Source of the DNA: an uncultured bacterium
Lineage (GTDB): Bacteria > Patescibacteriota > Minisyncoccia > UBA6257 > 2-01-FULL-56-20
Reading direction: 5' to 3'
NCBI GenBank assembly: GCA_963718515.1
Contig: OY970354.1
Span: forward strand, 694,808 to 758,807
DNA: 64,000 nt
Shown: piece by piece, positions 1-11,055 of the stretch
Numbering within the stretch: the stretch's first letter is position 1
Layout of the letters: every line of letters begins with the position of its first letter
Translations under genes and position numbers: made by a program
The notes under the pieces: generated by a model
Told to the model about the DNA's origin: nothing
Databases searched by the model: none
What the model saw: the letters and a program-made list of their open reading frames with translations, nothing else

Positions 1-893
1 GATCGGCGGCATGTCCGCAGGCGACGGAAGATATTCAATGACGGCGTCCAACATGAACTGCACGCCTTTGTTCTTGAGCGCCGAGCCACAGAGCACCGGC
101 ACGATCGTGTTCGCGATGACCGCCTTGCGCAGGGTCTTGCGCAAATCGTCGAGCGAAATTTCCTTGCCATCCAAATACGCCGACATCACCGTCGTCGTCG
201 TTCTCCGCGATCTTTTCGATCAGGTCGTGGCGATGCTTTTCTACGTCTCCTTCATATCATCGGGGATCGGGATCTCTATGATCTTCTCGCCGTGCTCGCC
301 TTCAAAGGTGTACGCCTTGTTCTCGAGCAGTGCCACCATGCCCATGAAGCCGCCTTCGGTACCGATCGGCAGCTGGATCGGAATTGCGTTCGGCGTCAAG
401 CGATCAATAATAGACTGGAAGCTCTTTTCAAACGACGCGCCGGAGCGGTCGAGTTTGTTGATAAAGCAGATGCGCGGCACTTTGTAGTCGTCCGCATAGC
501 GCCAGTTGGTCTCGGACTGCGGCTCCACGCCCGCGACGCCGTCAAATACGACGACCGCGCCGTCGAGCACGCGAAGCGAGCGCTTGACCTCCACCGTGAA
601 GTCGATGTGGCCCGGGGTGTCGATCAGGTTGATGCGATGCTCGAACTTTTTGATCGCCGCGCGTGATACGTCGGCGTCCAGAACGCGGTCGTTGCCGCGG
701 AAGTGATCGTGATACCGCGCTCGCGCTCCTGTTCCATCCAGTCCATCACCGTGTCGCCCGTGTGCACTTCGCCGATCTTGTGCGAAACGCCGGTATAAAA
801 AAGCACGCGTTCGGAAACGGTGGTCTTGCCGGCATCGATGTGCGCGATGATGCCGATGTTGCGAGTTTTTTCGATCGGATACTGTCGGGGCAT
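1..893 (-). CDS. fusA: Elongation factor G, N-terminal ~295 codons (gene continues beyond window start); frame broken by at least three 1-nt indels
   Basis: ORF 624..893 begins [25 protein letters not shown]...[20 protein letters not shown]. The protein continues in other frames as [33 protein letters not shown] (to 241) and [12 protein letters not shown]...[25 protein letters not shown] (1..190). Confidence 0.9.
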
Positions 894-907
894 ACTATAT
901 AAATTTT

Positions 908-1374
<467 letters not shown>

Positions 1375-1378
<4 letters not shown>

Positions 1379-1797
1379 ATTATTTTCTTCTTTGCGATCT
1401 TCGCGCCGTACTTGGAGCGCTGTTGTTTGCGATCTTCGACGCCCGTCGTGTCGAGCACGCCGCGCACGACGTGATAGCGAACGCCCGGCAAGTCTTTTAC
1501 GCGGCCGCCGCGCACCATCACAATAGAGTGCTCCTGGAGCGAGTGGCCATCGCCCGGAATGTATGCCGTGATCTCCATGCCGTTCGTAAGCCGCACGCGC
1601 GCAACTTTCCGGATAGCGGAGTTCGGCTTCTTCGGCGTCTGCGTGAACACCTTCACGCACACGCCGCGCTTGAAGGGCGACGTGGAATCCACCGGACGGT
1701 TATGGATGGAATTAAAATAGTACGCCAAAGCGGGCGCTTTCGTCTTCGTGGCGAGCGGCTTTCGGCCCTTTTTGATGAGTTGACGGATGGTAGGCAT
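1375..1797 (-). CDS. rpsL: 30S ribosomal protein S12
   Basis: [12 protein letters not shown]...[37 protein letters not shown]...[13 protein letters not shown]. The start is the internal Met of ORF 1375..1899. Confidence 0.95.
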
Positions 1798-1993
1798 GCG
1801 TAATACCAAAGAATTGTAAGCGAGGCGGGGCTTTATGTCAAATAAAACGCGCCCCAGAACCCTATCCCCGCTTCTCCACCACCTGGAGGCGCACGTCAAA
1901 CTCTCTCGTATGAGCGCGGAAAAGGATTTGGAACCGCTCGTTTGGGTTATATCTTCGAGGTTAATCGAGAGTTTGGTGAAGTGAAATCACCAT

Positions 1994-2067
1994 TGGTGGA
2001 CCCGAGGGGAATCGAACCCCTATCTATCGGATGCAAACCGATTGCTCTACCACTAAGCTACAGGCCC
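1994..2067 (-). tRNA. tRNA-Ala (anticodon TGC), CCA encoded
   Basis: The reverse complement is gggcctgtagcttagtggtagagca...ggtTTGCAtcc...ggttcgattcccctcgggtccacca. It folds as a cloverleaf with the G3:U70 identity pair. Confidence 0.9.
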
Positions 2068-2113
2068 GGACGGTGGCGACTTGTGCCACTCCGCGCGGCA
2101 ATATAGTTATATC

Positions 2114-2797
2114 CTAAAACAGGCGTCCAGTGAAGAGCGCGAAGAAAAATGCGATGACGGGCATGATGATCTGGAATCCGAAGAACACGAAGATGAGGAC
2201 AAAGATCAATCCCCATCGCTCCATAAAGTACATGAACTTATAGGTGCCGGGCGTGGGCGGCAGGACGAGGAACAATAACTTTGAGCCATCGAGCGGCGGG
2301 ATGGGCACGAGATTAAATATTCCTAAAAGGACGTTGATATAGACGACGATCAAAAAGAAAAAGAACATTCCCGCGAGGGGTGCGCTGAAGACGGGCGTCG
2401 AGCCGCTCAGGATACTGTTGAACAGCGCGTCCTTCGCCGCGCTGGCGAGCGGCACGAGCGCGCTCAATATCCCGAACACGAGCGCGATGAACAAATTAGT
2501 GACGGGACCGGCGAATGCGACCTTCACGGCATCCACGCGGGGATTTTTTAAATTGTTCGGATTGTACGGCACCGGCTTTGCACCCGCAAAGAAGAATCCT
2601 GTCGTGAGAAACAGCACGACCGGCATGATGAACGACAAAAATGGATCGAGGTGCTTCAACGGGTTCAGCGTCAAACGCCCCGCGCGGCGGGCGGTGTCAT
2701 CCCCCAGCCGCTCCGCCTCGTAGCCGTGTGCCACTTCGTGGAGCACGGCGGAAAAGATCAGGACCAGGAACTCGAATATCGTGATTGCAATAACCAT
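2114..2797 (-). CDS. Site-2 protease family (peptidase M50) membrane metalloprotease
   Basis: HEVAHG (HExxH) lies in the first TM segment. The protein is polytopic and hydrophobic and contains LNPLKHLDP and DGSKLL motifs. Confidence 0.8.
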   Translation of the reverse strand: MVIAITIFEFLVLIFSAVLHEVAHGYEAERLGDDTARRAGRLTLNPLKHLDPFLSFIMPVVLFLTTGFFFAGAKPVPYNPNNLKNPRVDAVKVAFAGPVTNLFIALVFGILSALVPLASAAKDALFNSILSGSTPVFSAPLAGMFFFFLIVVYINVLLGIFNLVPIPPLDGSKLLFLVLPPTPGTYKFMYFMERWGLIFVLIFVFFGFQIIMPVIAFFFALFTGRLF

Positions 2798-2845
2798 GAA
2801 AGTAATTGTAGCATTAGAGCGTACACCAAAACATCTGGTGCATAT

Positions 2846-2917
2846 GCCCTCGTAGTGAAACGGATATCACGCATGGCTTCGAACCATGAAGTCTGGGTTC
2901 AACTCCTGGCGGGGGCA
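2846..2917 (+). tRNA. tRNA-Arg (anticodon TCG)
   Basis: Acceptor gccctcg/cgggggc, D arm gtga-aacggata-tcac, anticodon arm catgg-CTTCGAA-ccatg, T loop ttcaact. The T stem has two G/T pairs. Confidence 0.75.
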
Positions 2918-2924
2918 CCGATAT

Positions 2925-2996
2925 AAAAAAACAGGCATAAGTCCTTTTTCCTCGTGATAAGAATAATTCGGAAAAAGGACTTATGCCTGTTTTTTT
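2925..2996. terminator. 27-bp perfect inverted repeat flanked by an A-run and a T-run (bidirectional terminator-like); member H1 of a hairpin family with a conserved loop
   Basis: aaaaaaacaggcataagtcctttttcc / loop tcgtgataagaataattc / ggaaaaaggacttatgcctgttttttt. Confidence 0.7.
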
Positions 2997-3193
2997 ATAT
3001 TTGTTTTTCGCGCAGGAGTTGAACTGGAGGGGTGGGTCGGAGGGGACGCGTCGTCCCCTCCGTGTGGGAGAGTGTTGAGAACCGTGGGTTCTCAAGGAAC
3101 GAGCCGCGGCGGCGAGTGACGTGAAACTCCTGGCCGCATGCTATCATCTCAATTGCATTTTATGCTCATCCTTAATAGAATAACTCTGATATT

Positions 3194-3266
3194 GCCCCTA
3201 TAGCTCAGTTGGTAGAGCAACTCCCTCTTAAGGAGATGGTCCGAGGTTCGAATCCTCGTGGGGGCA
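3194..3266 (+). tRNA. tRNA-Lys (anticodon CTT)
   Basis: gcccctatagctcagttggtagagca-actccCTCTTAAggagat-ggtccgaggttcgaatcctcgtgggggca. The cloverleaf is canonical. Confidence 0.9.
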
Positions 3267-3307
3267 CAAACGCGGGCGGTTGACACGATGCCCATCCATC
3301 TACCATT

Positions 3308-3748
3308 ATGGATGGTATGGAAAGAAAATACCTTCCGACGTTCGCAGAGTTGGTGGACAGGCTTTCGATCGTCCAGCTCAAATCTATTTTTATAAAAGAT
3401 CACAAGGCGGCATACGACAAGGAGATCCAGGATATCGTTCATGATCTTGATGCGATCATTGGTGAAAAAGATATCAAATTAACCGGACCCATGGTGCGGG
3501 CATTTCTCGTTGTTATGCTCACGAACAGATATATTTGGGAAAACGAAAGTAAGGCCCGCGCGGGCGGAGGCGAACAGGACAAATTACTGAAGCTTACGCA
3601 TTCGATCAATGGCATTCGTAATCAGGCAAAGAACGAGATCAGCCGCGAGTTAGGCGAACGCGTTGATCTCAAGGTGGACGCACTGGCGGCGGAGCTTTTG
3701 GCGGAGTTTGGAAATTGGGATATTTGGGGTGAGGCGCTTGATAAATAG
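3308..3748 (+). CDS. Hypothetical protein (146 aa, helical)
   Basis: Clean ORF with no competing frame. It contains an NRYIWENESKAR motif. No family is confidently recognised. Confidence 0.55.
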   Translation: MDGMERKYLPTFAELVDRLSIVQLKSIFIKDHKAAYDKEIQDIVHDLDAIIGEKDIKLTGPMVRAFLVVMLTNRYIWENESKARAGGGEQDKLLKLTHSINGIRNQAKNEISRELGERVDLKVDALAAELLAEFGNWDIWGEALDK

Positions 3749-3866
3749 ATATCTCAGCTTTGCTTGTCTATAGATCGACAATATGCAATCATCATTCCGG
3801 TAGCCTACCCACGAGGAGGGAGGAAGAATGGACATTGTCATAGAATAATCATTTCTCGAAGAGTGC

Positions 3867-4115
3867 TTGCGCCCAACACTAAGAGTCCTGGACGTCGCGG
3901 AAGGAGATATCCCCCACAATCTCGATGAACAAAGAAGAGTGGCGGCGCGCATGTTGATATCAAAGAAGCCGACCCCTATGAAGAGGATCGCCGAAGACGT
4001 GGCAGAGGCAATGACTGAGGGTAGCGCCCAGAGTCGCGACGACCTCCGCGGCAAGGTTCTCGGCACGTTACGTCAGCTCAAGGAAGAAGGGCTGGAAAAC
4101 CTCAGATCGGAGTAG
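3867..4115 (+). CDS. Hypothetical small protein (82 aa)
   Basis: ORF only, with charged helical composition. A stronger antisense ORF is absent. Confidence 0.35.
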   Translation: MRPTLRVLDVAEGDIPHNLDEQRRVAARMLISKKPTPMKRIAEDVAEAMTEGSAQSRDDLRGKVLGTLRQLKEEGLENLRSE

Positions 4116-4202
4116 CATTCTCTTTATTTCCTCACTCACCACCGCCGGCGCATCCCACAAGGATCGCCGGTTTTTCTTTTATGGTATACTATTCGCAATC
4201 AA

Positions 4203-6379
4203 ATGCTTCAGATCGCTTCGGACACGCCGCTTTTTGAGGTTGTGGGAGCACGAGTTCCCGCTTTGCGCCGTCTCGAGAAGATGGGCATCAAAACCGTGAG
4301 AGATCTTTTGTGGCACTTCCCCACCCGCTACGAAGATTTTACAAAAGTATATGCCATCGCCGAGCTTGAGCCCGGACAGCAGGCGACGATCCAGGGAATC
4401 GTCGAGGAAGTGCAGACCAAGCGCAGCTGGCGCCGCGCGATGAGCATCGTGGAAGCCACGATCGCGGATGAATCCGGATCCATCCGCGCGGTGTGGTTCA
4501 ACCAGCCATATGTGGCGAATGTTCTCAAGACCGGACGCGCGGCGAACTTTGCCGGAAAGGCATCCGTGTCGGAGGAAGGCGAGATATATTTCAGCAACCC
4601 TGTCTATGAAGTGATCCGGATACAGAACCAGGCAGGGCAGGACGGCGAACATCGCCAGGAGATGAACCACACCGCGCGCCTCGTGCCGGTATACCCCGAG
4701 ACCCGCGGACTCACCTCGCGCGGGATCCGCTTTGTCACCCAATCGCTCTTTAGAAAAAAGCCCGTGCTTAAAGAATGGATCCCGCGAGAAGTGCTTATCG
4801 AATTTAAGTTCCCGGAATTAAACGAAGCGATCCGCGCGATCCACTTCCCCCGTCAGATCGAGGACGCGACCGCCGCGCGCGCGCGGTTTTCTTTTGAGGA
4901 ATTATTTTTACTGCAGATCGTGAACATCCAACAGAAGATGAAGCTCGCGCAGGAATCCGCGCCGGTCATCACGACGGACATCGAGGATGTGAAAGCGATG
5001 ATGGCGAAACTTCCCTTCGAGCTCACCGCATCGCAAAAGCGATCGCTCTGGGAAATCATCAAAGACATCGAGAAGGCACGGCCGATGAACCGGCTCCTCC
5101 AGGGAGACGTGGGGTCGGGAAAGACGGTGGTGGCCGCGATCGCGGCGCTGATCGCCGCGCGAGAACGGATTGCAAACCGCGTTCATGGCGCCAACGGAGA
5201 TCCTCGCGCGCCAACATTTTGAAACAATGAAGAAATTATTCACGACGCTCGCGCTCGAACATCAGCCGGTGATCGGCCTCGTGACCGGAAGCAGTGCGCA
5301 CATTTTTTATAGCAAAGAGTTGGAATCAAAGACGACCAAGCCGGAGTTTGGAAAAAAAGTTGCGAACGGCGAGATATCGATCATCTTCGGCACCCATGCG
5401 CTCATACAAAAAACGATGTCATTCGCGTCGCTCGGGTTCGTCATTATAGACGAACAGCACCGCTTTGGCGTCCGCCAGCGCGCTGAGCTGAATGCGAAAA
5501 AAGAATCCATCCCCCACTTCCTCAGCATGTCGGCGACGCCCATCCCCCGCACGCTCATGCTCTCGGTCTTCGGTGATCTCGATCTCTCGCTCATCACGGA
5601 ATTACCGGTAGGCCGCAAAGAAATACAAACAAAGATCGTCCCGCCACTTGAACGCACGGCCACCTATGAATTTGTGCGCAGGCCAAATAAAGGAAGGGCG
5701 CCAGGCGTTTGTCATTTGCCCGCGCATCGATCCGGAAGAAACGGAGATGGATGGAAAACCGGGCGCGGTGACGGCGGCCGCAAAAAAACTCGAACTACGA
5801 TCGGTAAAGGAAGAATATGAAAAACTCTCGCAGAAAATATTTCCTGACCTGCGCGTCGCAATGCTCCACGGCCAGATGAAGCCGAAGGAAAAAGAAGATG
5901 CGATGAAAAAATTCAAAGACAAAGAATTCGACATCCTCGTCGCCACGTCGGTCGTGGAGGTGGGCGTCGACGTGCCGAACGCGACAATCATGATGATCGA
6001 GGGCGCGGACCGCTTCGGCCTGGCACAGCTCTACCAGTTCCGCGGCCGCGTCGGGCGCGGCGAACACCAGTCGTATTGTTTCTTGATGGCGGACTCGCAG
6101 GCGGCGATCGCGAACGCGCGGCTCAAGGCGATCCTCGAAGCAAAAAATGGCTTTGAGCTCGCGGAAAAAGATCTCGCGCTCCGCGGCCCCGGGCAATTCT
6201 TTGGCAACGTGCAGACCGGACTCCCCGACATCGCGATGGAAGCGCTCCGCGACCCCGAACTCGTCAAAAGTTCCCGCGAAGCGGCGGCGCGCGCCCTCGC
6301 GACCGACCCCCAGCTCAAAAAAAATCCCGTCCTCCGAAAAAAACTCGAAGAGTTCCGCGCGCGGGTGCACCAGGAATAA
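4203..6379 (+). CDS. recG: ATP-dependent DNA helicase RecG, split into three frames by two 1-nt indels (~5155-5165 and ~5680-5700)
   Basis: LLQGDVGSGKTVVAA (Walker A) is followed by GLQTAFMAPTEILARQHF, VIIDEQHRFGV (DEQH), SATPIPRT and a C-terminal QLYQFRGRVGRGEHQSYC. The three overlapping ORFs are 4203..5222, 5170..5820 and 5648..6379. Confidence 0.9.
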
Positions 6380-7567
6380 CTACTTGAACGTCGCGATCAT
6401 CGCGGTCGAACTCGCGAGCAAGCTCAAATTCCACGGCGCGGTGACGGCGCCGGTGATGAATTGATCCTCGTCCTCCACAAAAACCTGCGTGCTATTGCCC
6501 ACCGTTGATGATGTCTCGAGCGTGTAGCCGGAACCCGCGCTCGGCACAGCGTTCGAGGGATAGCCGACGCTATCAATTCCCAAGAGCAACTCGACGTTCG
6601 AGCCGGGACTGACCGATGGGCTCGTCGGCGCCGACGTGCCGGGTTGTGTCTGGCCACCGGAAGCATCCAAAGAACTGGACGTCGAGGCGCCGCGATATTC
6701 ATAAAGATATAACGATGCATAACTTGCGCCGCTCGGGAACGTCACGGTCGTCGTGTTGGCACCGCTCTTTGCATTCAACGCCGCGTACAATGTGACCTTA
6801 TCCGAATATGCGGGATAGGTGGTGCTCGCGACGAGAGCCCACGTGTTGCTCGCCGTATCCGCGATGCTCGACGTCACGAGGCCTTGATTCGCCACCACCG
6901 CGAGCAAAAGATCACCCGTCTCGTTCTTGGTCCCGAACGCCCCGACGATGCTTGATACGGTCGAGGAGTTCGCTTCCACTTTTACTTTCTGGACCATCGC
7001 GATCTTTGGCGTTGGCGCGAGCACCGTCGCCGAAGACTGGAATGTCTGCGTATACTGCGTCTCATTGGTACTGCTCGCCGACACGGTAAACGAATACGAA
7101 ACCGAATCGGTACCGAATGGCGACGATGAACTGTTGATATTATAGTGGCGTGTGAATAAAAGATTCGAAACCGATACGCGATTGGAGGTGAGCGGCTGGA
7201 GCGATGCAGCGAGTCCCTGTTGTATATAGACGATCCCACCAGCGCCCAATGTGAATATCGTGGGGTCGTACGACGACGTCGATTCACGCAAGGTGAGTGT
7301 GCTCGTCGCGACGTCTTGCGTCATGTCCACCACACGGGCGCTCTCTATATAATATTGCAGCTGCTGTACGAGAAGCTGGCCCTGCTGGCCCACACCGCCC
7401 GCGGCGGACTGGCGCGCCTGAATGGATACGGTTTCTACCAACACCGCAACGAATGAACCGATGACGGTCATAAAGATCGCGCAAAATATCAAAAGTTCGA
7501 TCAGGGTAATTCCCCTCCGCGAGCGGACGTTCTGCGCCGCGGCATGGTGCAAATCTATTTCTTTCAT
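6380..7567 (-). CDS. Type IV pilin-like protein with prepilin N-terminal cleavage/methylation domain and large Ser/Thr-rich C-terminal domain
   Basis: RRGITLIELLIFCAIFMTVIGSFVAVLV near the N-terminus matches the G-x-TLIELL class III signal. Confidence 0.75.
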   Translation of the reverse strand: MKEIDLHHAAAQNVRSRRGITLIELLIFCAIFMTVIGSFVAVLVETVSIQARQSAAGGVGQQGQLLVQQLQYYIESARVVDMTQDVATSTLTLRESTSSYDPTIFTLGAGGIVYIQQGLAASLQPLTSNRVSVSNLLFTRHYNINSSSSPFGTDSVSYSFTVSASSTNETQYTQTFQSSATVLAPTPKIAMVQKVKVEANSSTVSSIVGAFGTKNETGDLLLAVVANQGLVTSSIADTASNTWALVASTTYPAYSDKVTLYAALNAKSGANTTTVTFPSGASYASLYLYEYRGASTSSSLDASGGQTQPGTSAPTSPSVSPGSNVELLLGIDSVGYPSNAVPSAGSGYTLETSSTVGNSTQVFVEDEDQFITGAVTAPWNLSLLASSTAMIATFK

Positions 7568-7588
7568 TCTTACCCTTATTGTACCATC

Positions 7589-9097
7589 TCAAGCCCGGTC
7601 GTATCGTCCCTTCGGCGTCACCCAAAAACCGAGCCTAAACTTTCCGCCGAGCATGAGGCGCGTCTGTGCATCAAGTCCGGGGAACGCGCCGAAGACGATG
7701 AGCGTAAGCGGCATGAGTATCCATTGCAAAACAAATATCAAATAATCGGTGACTCCCAGGCCGCCCGGTTTTTTTGGCAACAGGAACAGGCTCAATATCG
7801 CGGAGCTCGCGACGCCCACCATCGAGAGCGTGACGATGAACCGCGTGATGTGCGGCAGGTCGTATGAAAGGATCGAGTGGCCGAAGTGCCTTCCGCCGAG
7901 CGCGAGCGGCAGCCATCCCAACGCAAAAATGATCAACGCGTTCGTTGCCCACGAATGGAATCCTTCGATGACGTTGAACGTCCAGTATCTTTTTTTGCCG
8001 GCGGGAATCTGCGGATCATTGCGGAAACCCTCCAACATGTACGGAATGTTCTCGACGCCCCATGCCCACCGGCGCTGTTGTAGATAAATATTCTTCATTG
8101 TCCGCCAAAATCCGGGCGCGACGTTGGCATCCATCGAGACCGGATAGAAGAGCGGCTCCACGCGGAAGTCGCCGTGATACGTCAGATATCCCTGCCAGAA
8201 AATGCGCGAATCCTCCGAGACGATATCTTTTTGCCACCACCCGATATCGAGCAACGTTTTGAGCGGTATCGATTGCGACGAGAATGACGTGAGCCGCTCT
8301 GGCCGCGACTGCTGCATCATCTGCCAAAACGTCGTCGAGAACGCGACCACGCGGGCAAGTGCCGGTGCCTCGTAAATATTATTCGTAAAGAGCGGGATCG
8401 GTTGATAGATCGCATGCGTGGGCTTTTCCGCTTTTAAAAATACGTACGTGAGCCGGCTAAAATATTCCGGGAAGACCTGCGTGTCGATATCGAACACCGA
8501 TACCAAAACATCTTCCGGCGCGACGCCCATCGGATCGATCAATTCGCGCTTGGCCTGCATGCCCGCCCACGCTTCGTTCGATCCTTTGCCCGGGATCTCG
8601 CCCGGCAATCCTGCGGGGTGATGCGTTATTAAAAGCTCTCTGAACTTCTCGCCATACTCGCGTGCGATCCTCTCCCCTACCTCCCGCGCGGCGGCGCCCA
8701 TCCGTTCCTCGAGCGCAAGCACGACGAGCATTTTTTCTTTTGGGTAATTGGCGCGCAGGAGGGATTCAAAACTTTCGCGAACAACTTCGTATGGCTCGTT
8801 GTACATCGGCAAAATGACGAGGTGAAAAATATCGAAGAACTTAGGAATCGTCGGCGACTCGAGAGGCGGCCACTCTTTGAGGATCTGCGCGAGCCAATCC
8901 ACCTTCATCACGCGGCGCATCTCGCTGAACGTCGCGCGCAGGTGCAAGGAAAGATACACCGTCTTGAGCACCCAATAGATATCAAAAAGGATAATAAAAA
9001 TAGAAACCCAAATCGGCAGAAGCCATGAAAAAAGCACCATCAGAATGAGGGTGGTCCACGCCAATGTTCCCGGCAGAATCTCAAAGAAACGTTTCAT
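7589..9097 (-). CDS. Membrane glycosyltransferase family 2 (processive, cellulose/chitin-synthase-like)
   Basis: TM helices lie at both ends. VFDIDTQ (DxD-like) and YLQQRRWAWG (QxxRW) motifs are present. Confidence 0.75.
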   Translation of the reverse strand: MKRFFEILPGTLAWTTLILMVLFSWLLPIWVSIFIILFDIYWVLKTVYLSLHLRATFSEMRRVMKVDWLAQILKEWPPLESPTIPKFFDIFHLVILPMYNEPYEVVRESFESLLRANYPKEKMLVVLALEERMGAAAREVGERIAREYGEKFRELLITHHPAGLPGEIPGKGSNEAWAGMQAKRELIDPMGVAPEDVLVSVFDIDTQVFPEYFSRLTYVFLKAEKPTHAIYQPIPLFTNNIYEAPALARVVAFSTTFWQMMQQSRPERLTSFSSQSIPLKTLLDIGWWQKDIVSEDSRIFWQGYLTYHGDFRVEPLFYPVSMDANVAPGFWRTMKNIYLQQRRWAWGVENIPYMLEGFRNDPQIPAGKKRYWTFNVIEGFHSWATNALIIFALGWLPLALGGRHFGHSILSYDLPHITRFIVTLSMVGVASSAILSLFLLPKKPGGLGVTDYLIFVLQWILMPLTLIVFGAFPGLDAQTRLMLGGKFRLGFWVTPKGRYDRA

Positions 9098-9131
9098 AAC
9101 GCTGTTAAAACTACCATTGATGGGTCAGAAA

Positions 9132-9527
9132 TCAAAGGCCGCCCACCGTGAAGAGATAGAACCCTCCGTAGAGCGTGAAGAAGGTGAGGAGCAGTGCAAA
9201 GATAATCGCATCGAATTCCCATCCGCCCACGAACGGCATTTTCTTGGCCCACTTCCAGACGATGATCACAAAAAATTCTCCGAGGAAGAGGAAGCACAGG
9301 TACGGCACCCACAATCCGAGGACGAGCCCGATGCCGCCCACGAACTCGAGCACCGCCGCAATCGTTCCCCACAGTACGCCTGGCCGGAATCCCATCCCGC
9401 CAAAATTTTGTGCGGTTTGTTTTAGATTTTTTATTTTCGGCCAGCCGTGGACGATGAGCATCGCACCAAGAATAAGGCGTGGGATCACAAACCCGAATCC
9501 CCCGTACCAGAAAAGAAGCATAGACAT
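9132..9527 (-). CDS. DoxX family membrane protein
   Basis: 131 aa with 4 TM segments. RLILGAMLIVHGWPKI resembles the DoxX signature. Confidence 0.65.
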   Translation of the reverse strand: MSMLLFWYGGFGFVIPRLILGAMLIVHGWPKIKNLKQTAQNFGGMGFRPGVLWGTIAAVLEFVGGIGLVLGLWVPYLCFLFLGEFFVIIVWKWAKKMPFVGGWEFDAIIFALLLTFFTLYGGFYLFTVGGL

Positions 9528-9624
9528 AATTGTAATTAAGGATTATTTAATGAGTGGCGCGCCTTTCGGCGTTCGCCCGACCTTTCATAAATCAACGCTT
9601 TATTATATTATAGCATCATCGTTT

Positions 9625-9699
9625 GGCTTCATCGTCTAATGGCTAGGACGGCGCCCTTTCACGGCGTAAATGCGGGTTCGATTCCCGCTGGAGCTACCA
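9625..9699 (+). tRNA. tRNA-Glu (anticodon TTC), CCA encoded
   Basis: ggcttcaTCgtctaatggctaggacG-gcgccCTTTCACggcgt-aaat-gcgggttcgattcccgc-tggagctACCA. It is colinear with bacterial tRNA-Glu. Confidence 0.85.
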
Positions 9700-9953
9700 G
9701 TTGTCCTTTATTGGACTTAAATGTTTCAGAAAGCCTGAAAAGGCTGGTCAGTTCGACCCTTTGCAGAAGTAGGCCAAACGTGGAGTTTGGTATCTGCAAA
9801 GGGTATTTATGAGCCATGCCACTGGTTTCCCAATGGTTTAGGCCGCCTATTTAGTTGTTAATCAGATAATAGCGCGAAGGCGCCTTTTAGTCGAGTATAA
9901 AAAACGACGACCTGCTCTGAAGCGAAGTCGTCGTGTTGAAGTTAATTGAATGG

Positions 9954-10961
9954 TTATTCCATTCGCCAGCCGATTTTTTGACCGGCGCGGAATGGCACCA
10001 CTCCATCGCAAATCAGCGGGACTGTCCACTCTTCCCGGACCAGTGCGATGGTTTCTTTATTCCGCGGCAAGCCGTAGAAGTCTGCTCCAAAGCCCGAGCA
10101 AAAATCCTCGAGCTTGTCCGTCGCGCCATGCTGTTCAAAGAGTTCGAGTAAAAGTGGAATAGCGACGGGGGCCGTGTAAACCCCTGCGCATCCCGACGAA
10201 CATTCCTTCATCCCCTTGAGATGCGGAGCGCTGTCGGTGCCGAGGAAGAACTTCGGATTGCCTCCGATCGCCGCGGTGATGAGCACCGCCCGATCTTCTG
10301 GACGTTTTGCCACCGGCTTACAAAAGTGATGTGGCTCCAGTTTGTCGCCGATCACGTCGTTCAGCGTGAGGAAGAGATGATGCACAGTGATCGTGGCTGC
10401 GACGTTCGAAGGAAGTTCGTAGACGCAATCCACGGCTTTTGCGGTCGTCGTGTGTTCCATCACGATCTTTAAGTGTGGGAATGCACTTGCCACGCTCTTG
10501 AGGATTTTTAGGAACTTGGCTTCCCGGTCGAGACAGAATGCGTCGGGATCAGGCGACTCGCCATGAAAGAGAACGAGCATCCCGCATTCCTCCATTGCAG
10601 CGAGGACGGGGTAGATTTTTTCGTAATCGTACACTCCATTTGCCGAATTGGTCGTCATGCCGCGCGGATAAACCTTACCCGCACCGGCACCGGCTGCTTT
10701 CGCCTGGAAGATGGTCTCTGGCGTCGTGGCTTCGATGATCTGGATTGTCATCAACGGCTCGAACCCCGAACAGTTTGGTGCGGTGACAATCTCTTGTCGA
10801 TATGCACGCACATCTACGTCGTTCAAAACCGGTGGTGTGGTATTGGGCATAATTATTGCCCGTTTGAACTGCCGTGCCGTGTGAGGCAAGACAGCCCGCA
10901 ACATTTCGCCGCTCCGCAGGTGGAGATGAAAATCGTCCGGCATCCGCATTTCAAATCTCAT
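9954..10961 (-). CDS. pyrC: Dihydroorotase (homodimeric/class II type)
   Basis: MRFEMRMPDDFHLHLR...AIIMPNTTPP...KVYPRGMTTNSANGV...LVLFHGE is colinear with E. coli PyrC as I remember it. AAGGAGG lies 6 nt before this ATG, so the ORF-track start at 11003 is probably too long. Confidence 0.85.
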   Translation of the reverse strand: MRFEMRMPDDFHLHLRSGEMLRAVLPHTARQFKRAIIMPNTTPPVLNDVDVRAYRQEIVTAPNCSGFEPLMTIQIIEATTPETIFQAKAAGAGAGKVYPRGMTTNSANGVYDYEKIYPVLAAMEECGMLVLFHGESPDPDAFCLDREAKFLKILKSVASAFPHLKIVMEHTTTAKAVDCVYELPSNVAATITVHHLFLTLNDVIGDKLEPHHFCKPVAKRPEDRAVLITAAIGGNPKFFLGTDSAPHLKGMKECSSGCAGVYTAPVAIPLLLELFEQHGATDKLEDFCSGFGADFYGLPRNKETIALVREEWTVPLICDGVVPFRAGQKIGWRME

Positions 10962-11055
10962 GTTTTGCCTCCTTGATGCTGTTGCGATTTTACACCGCTC
11001 CATGCTATAAAGTCCATAGTTTAGTAGTCAGCTCTCTTGAAAGGAAAATACGGTC

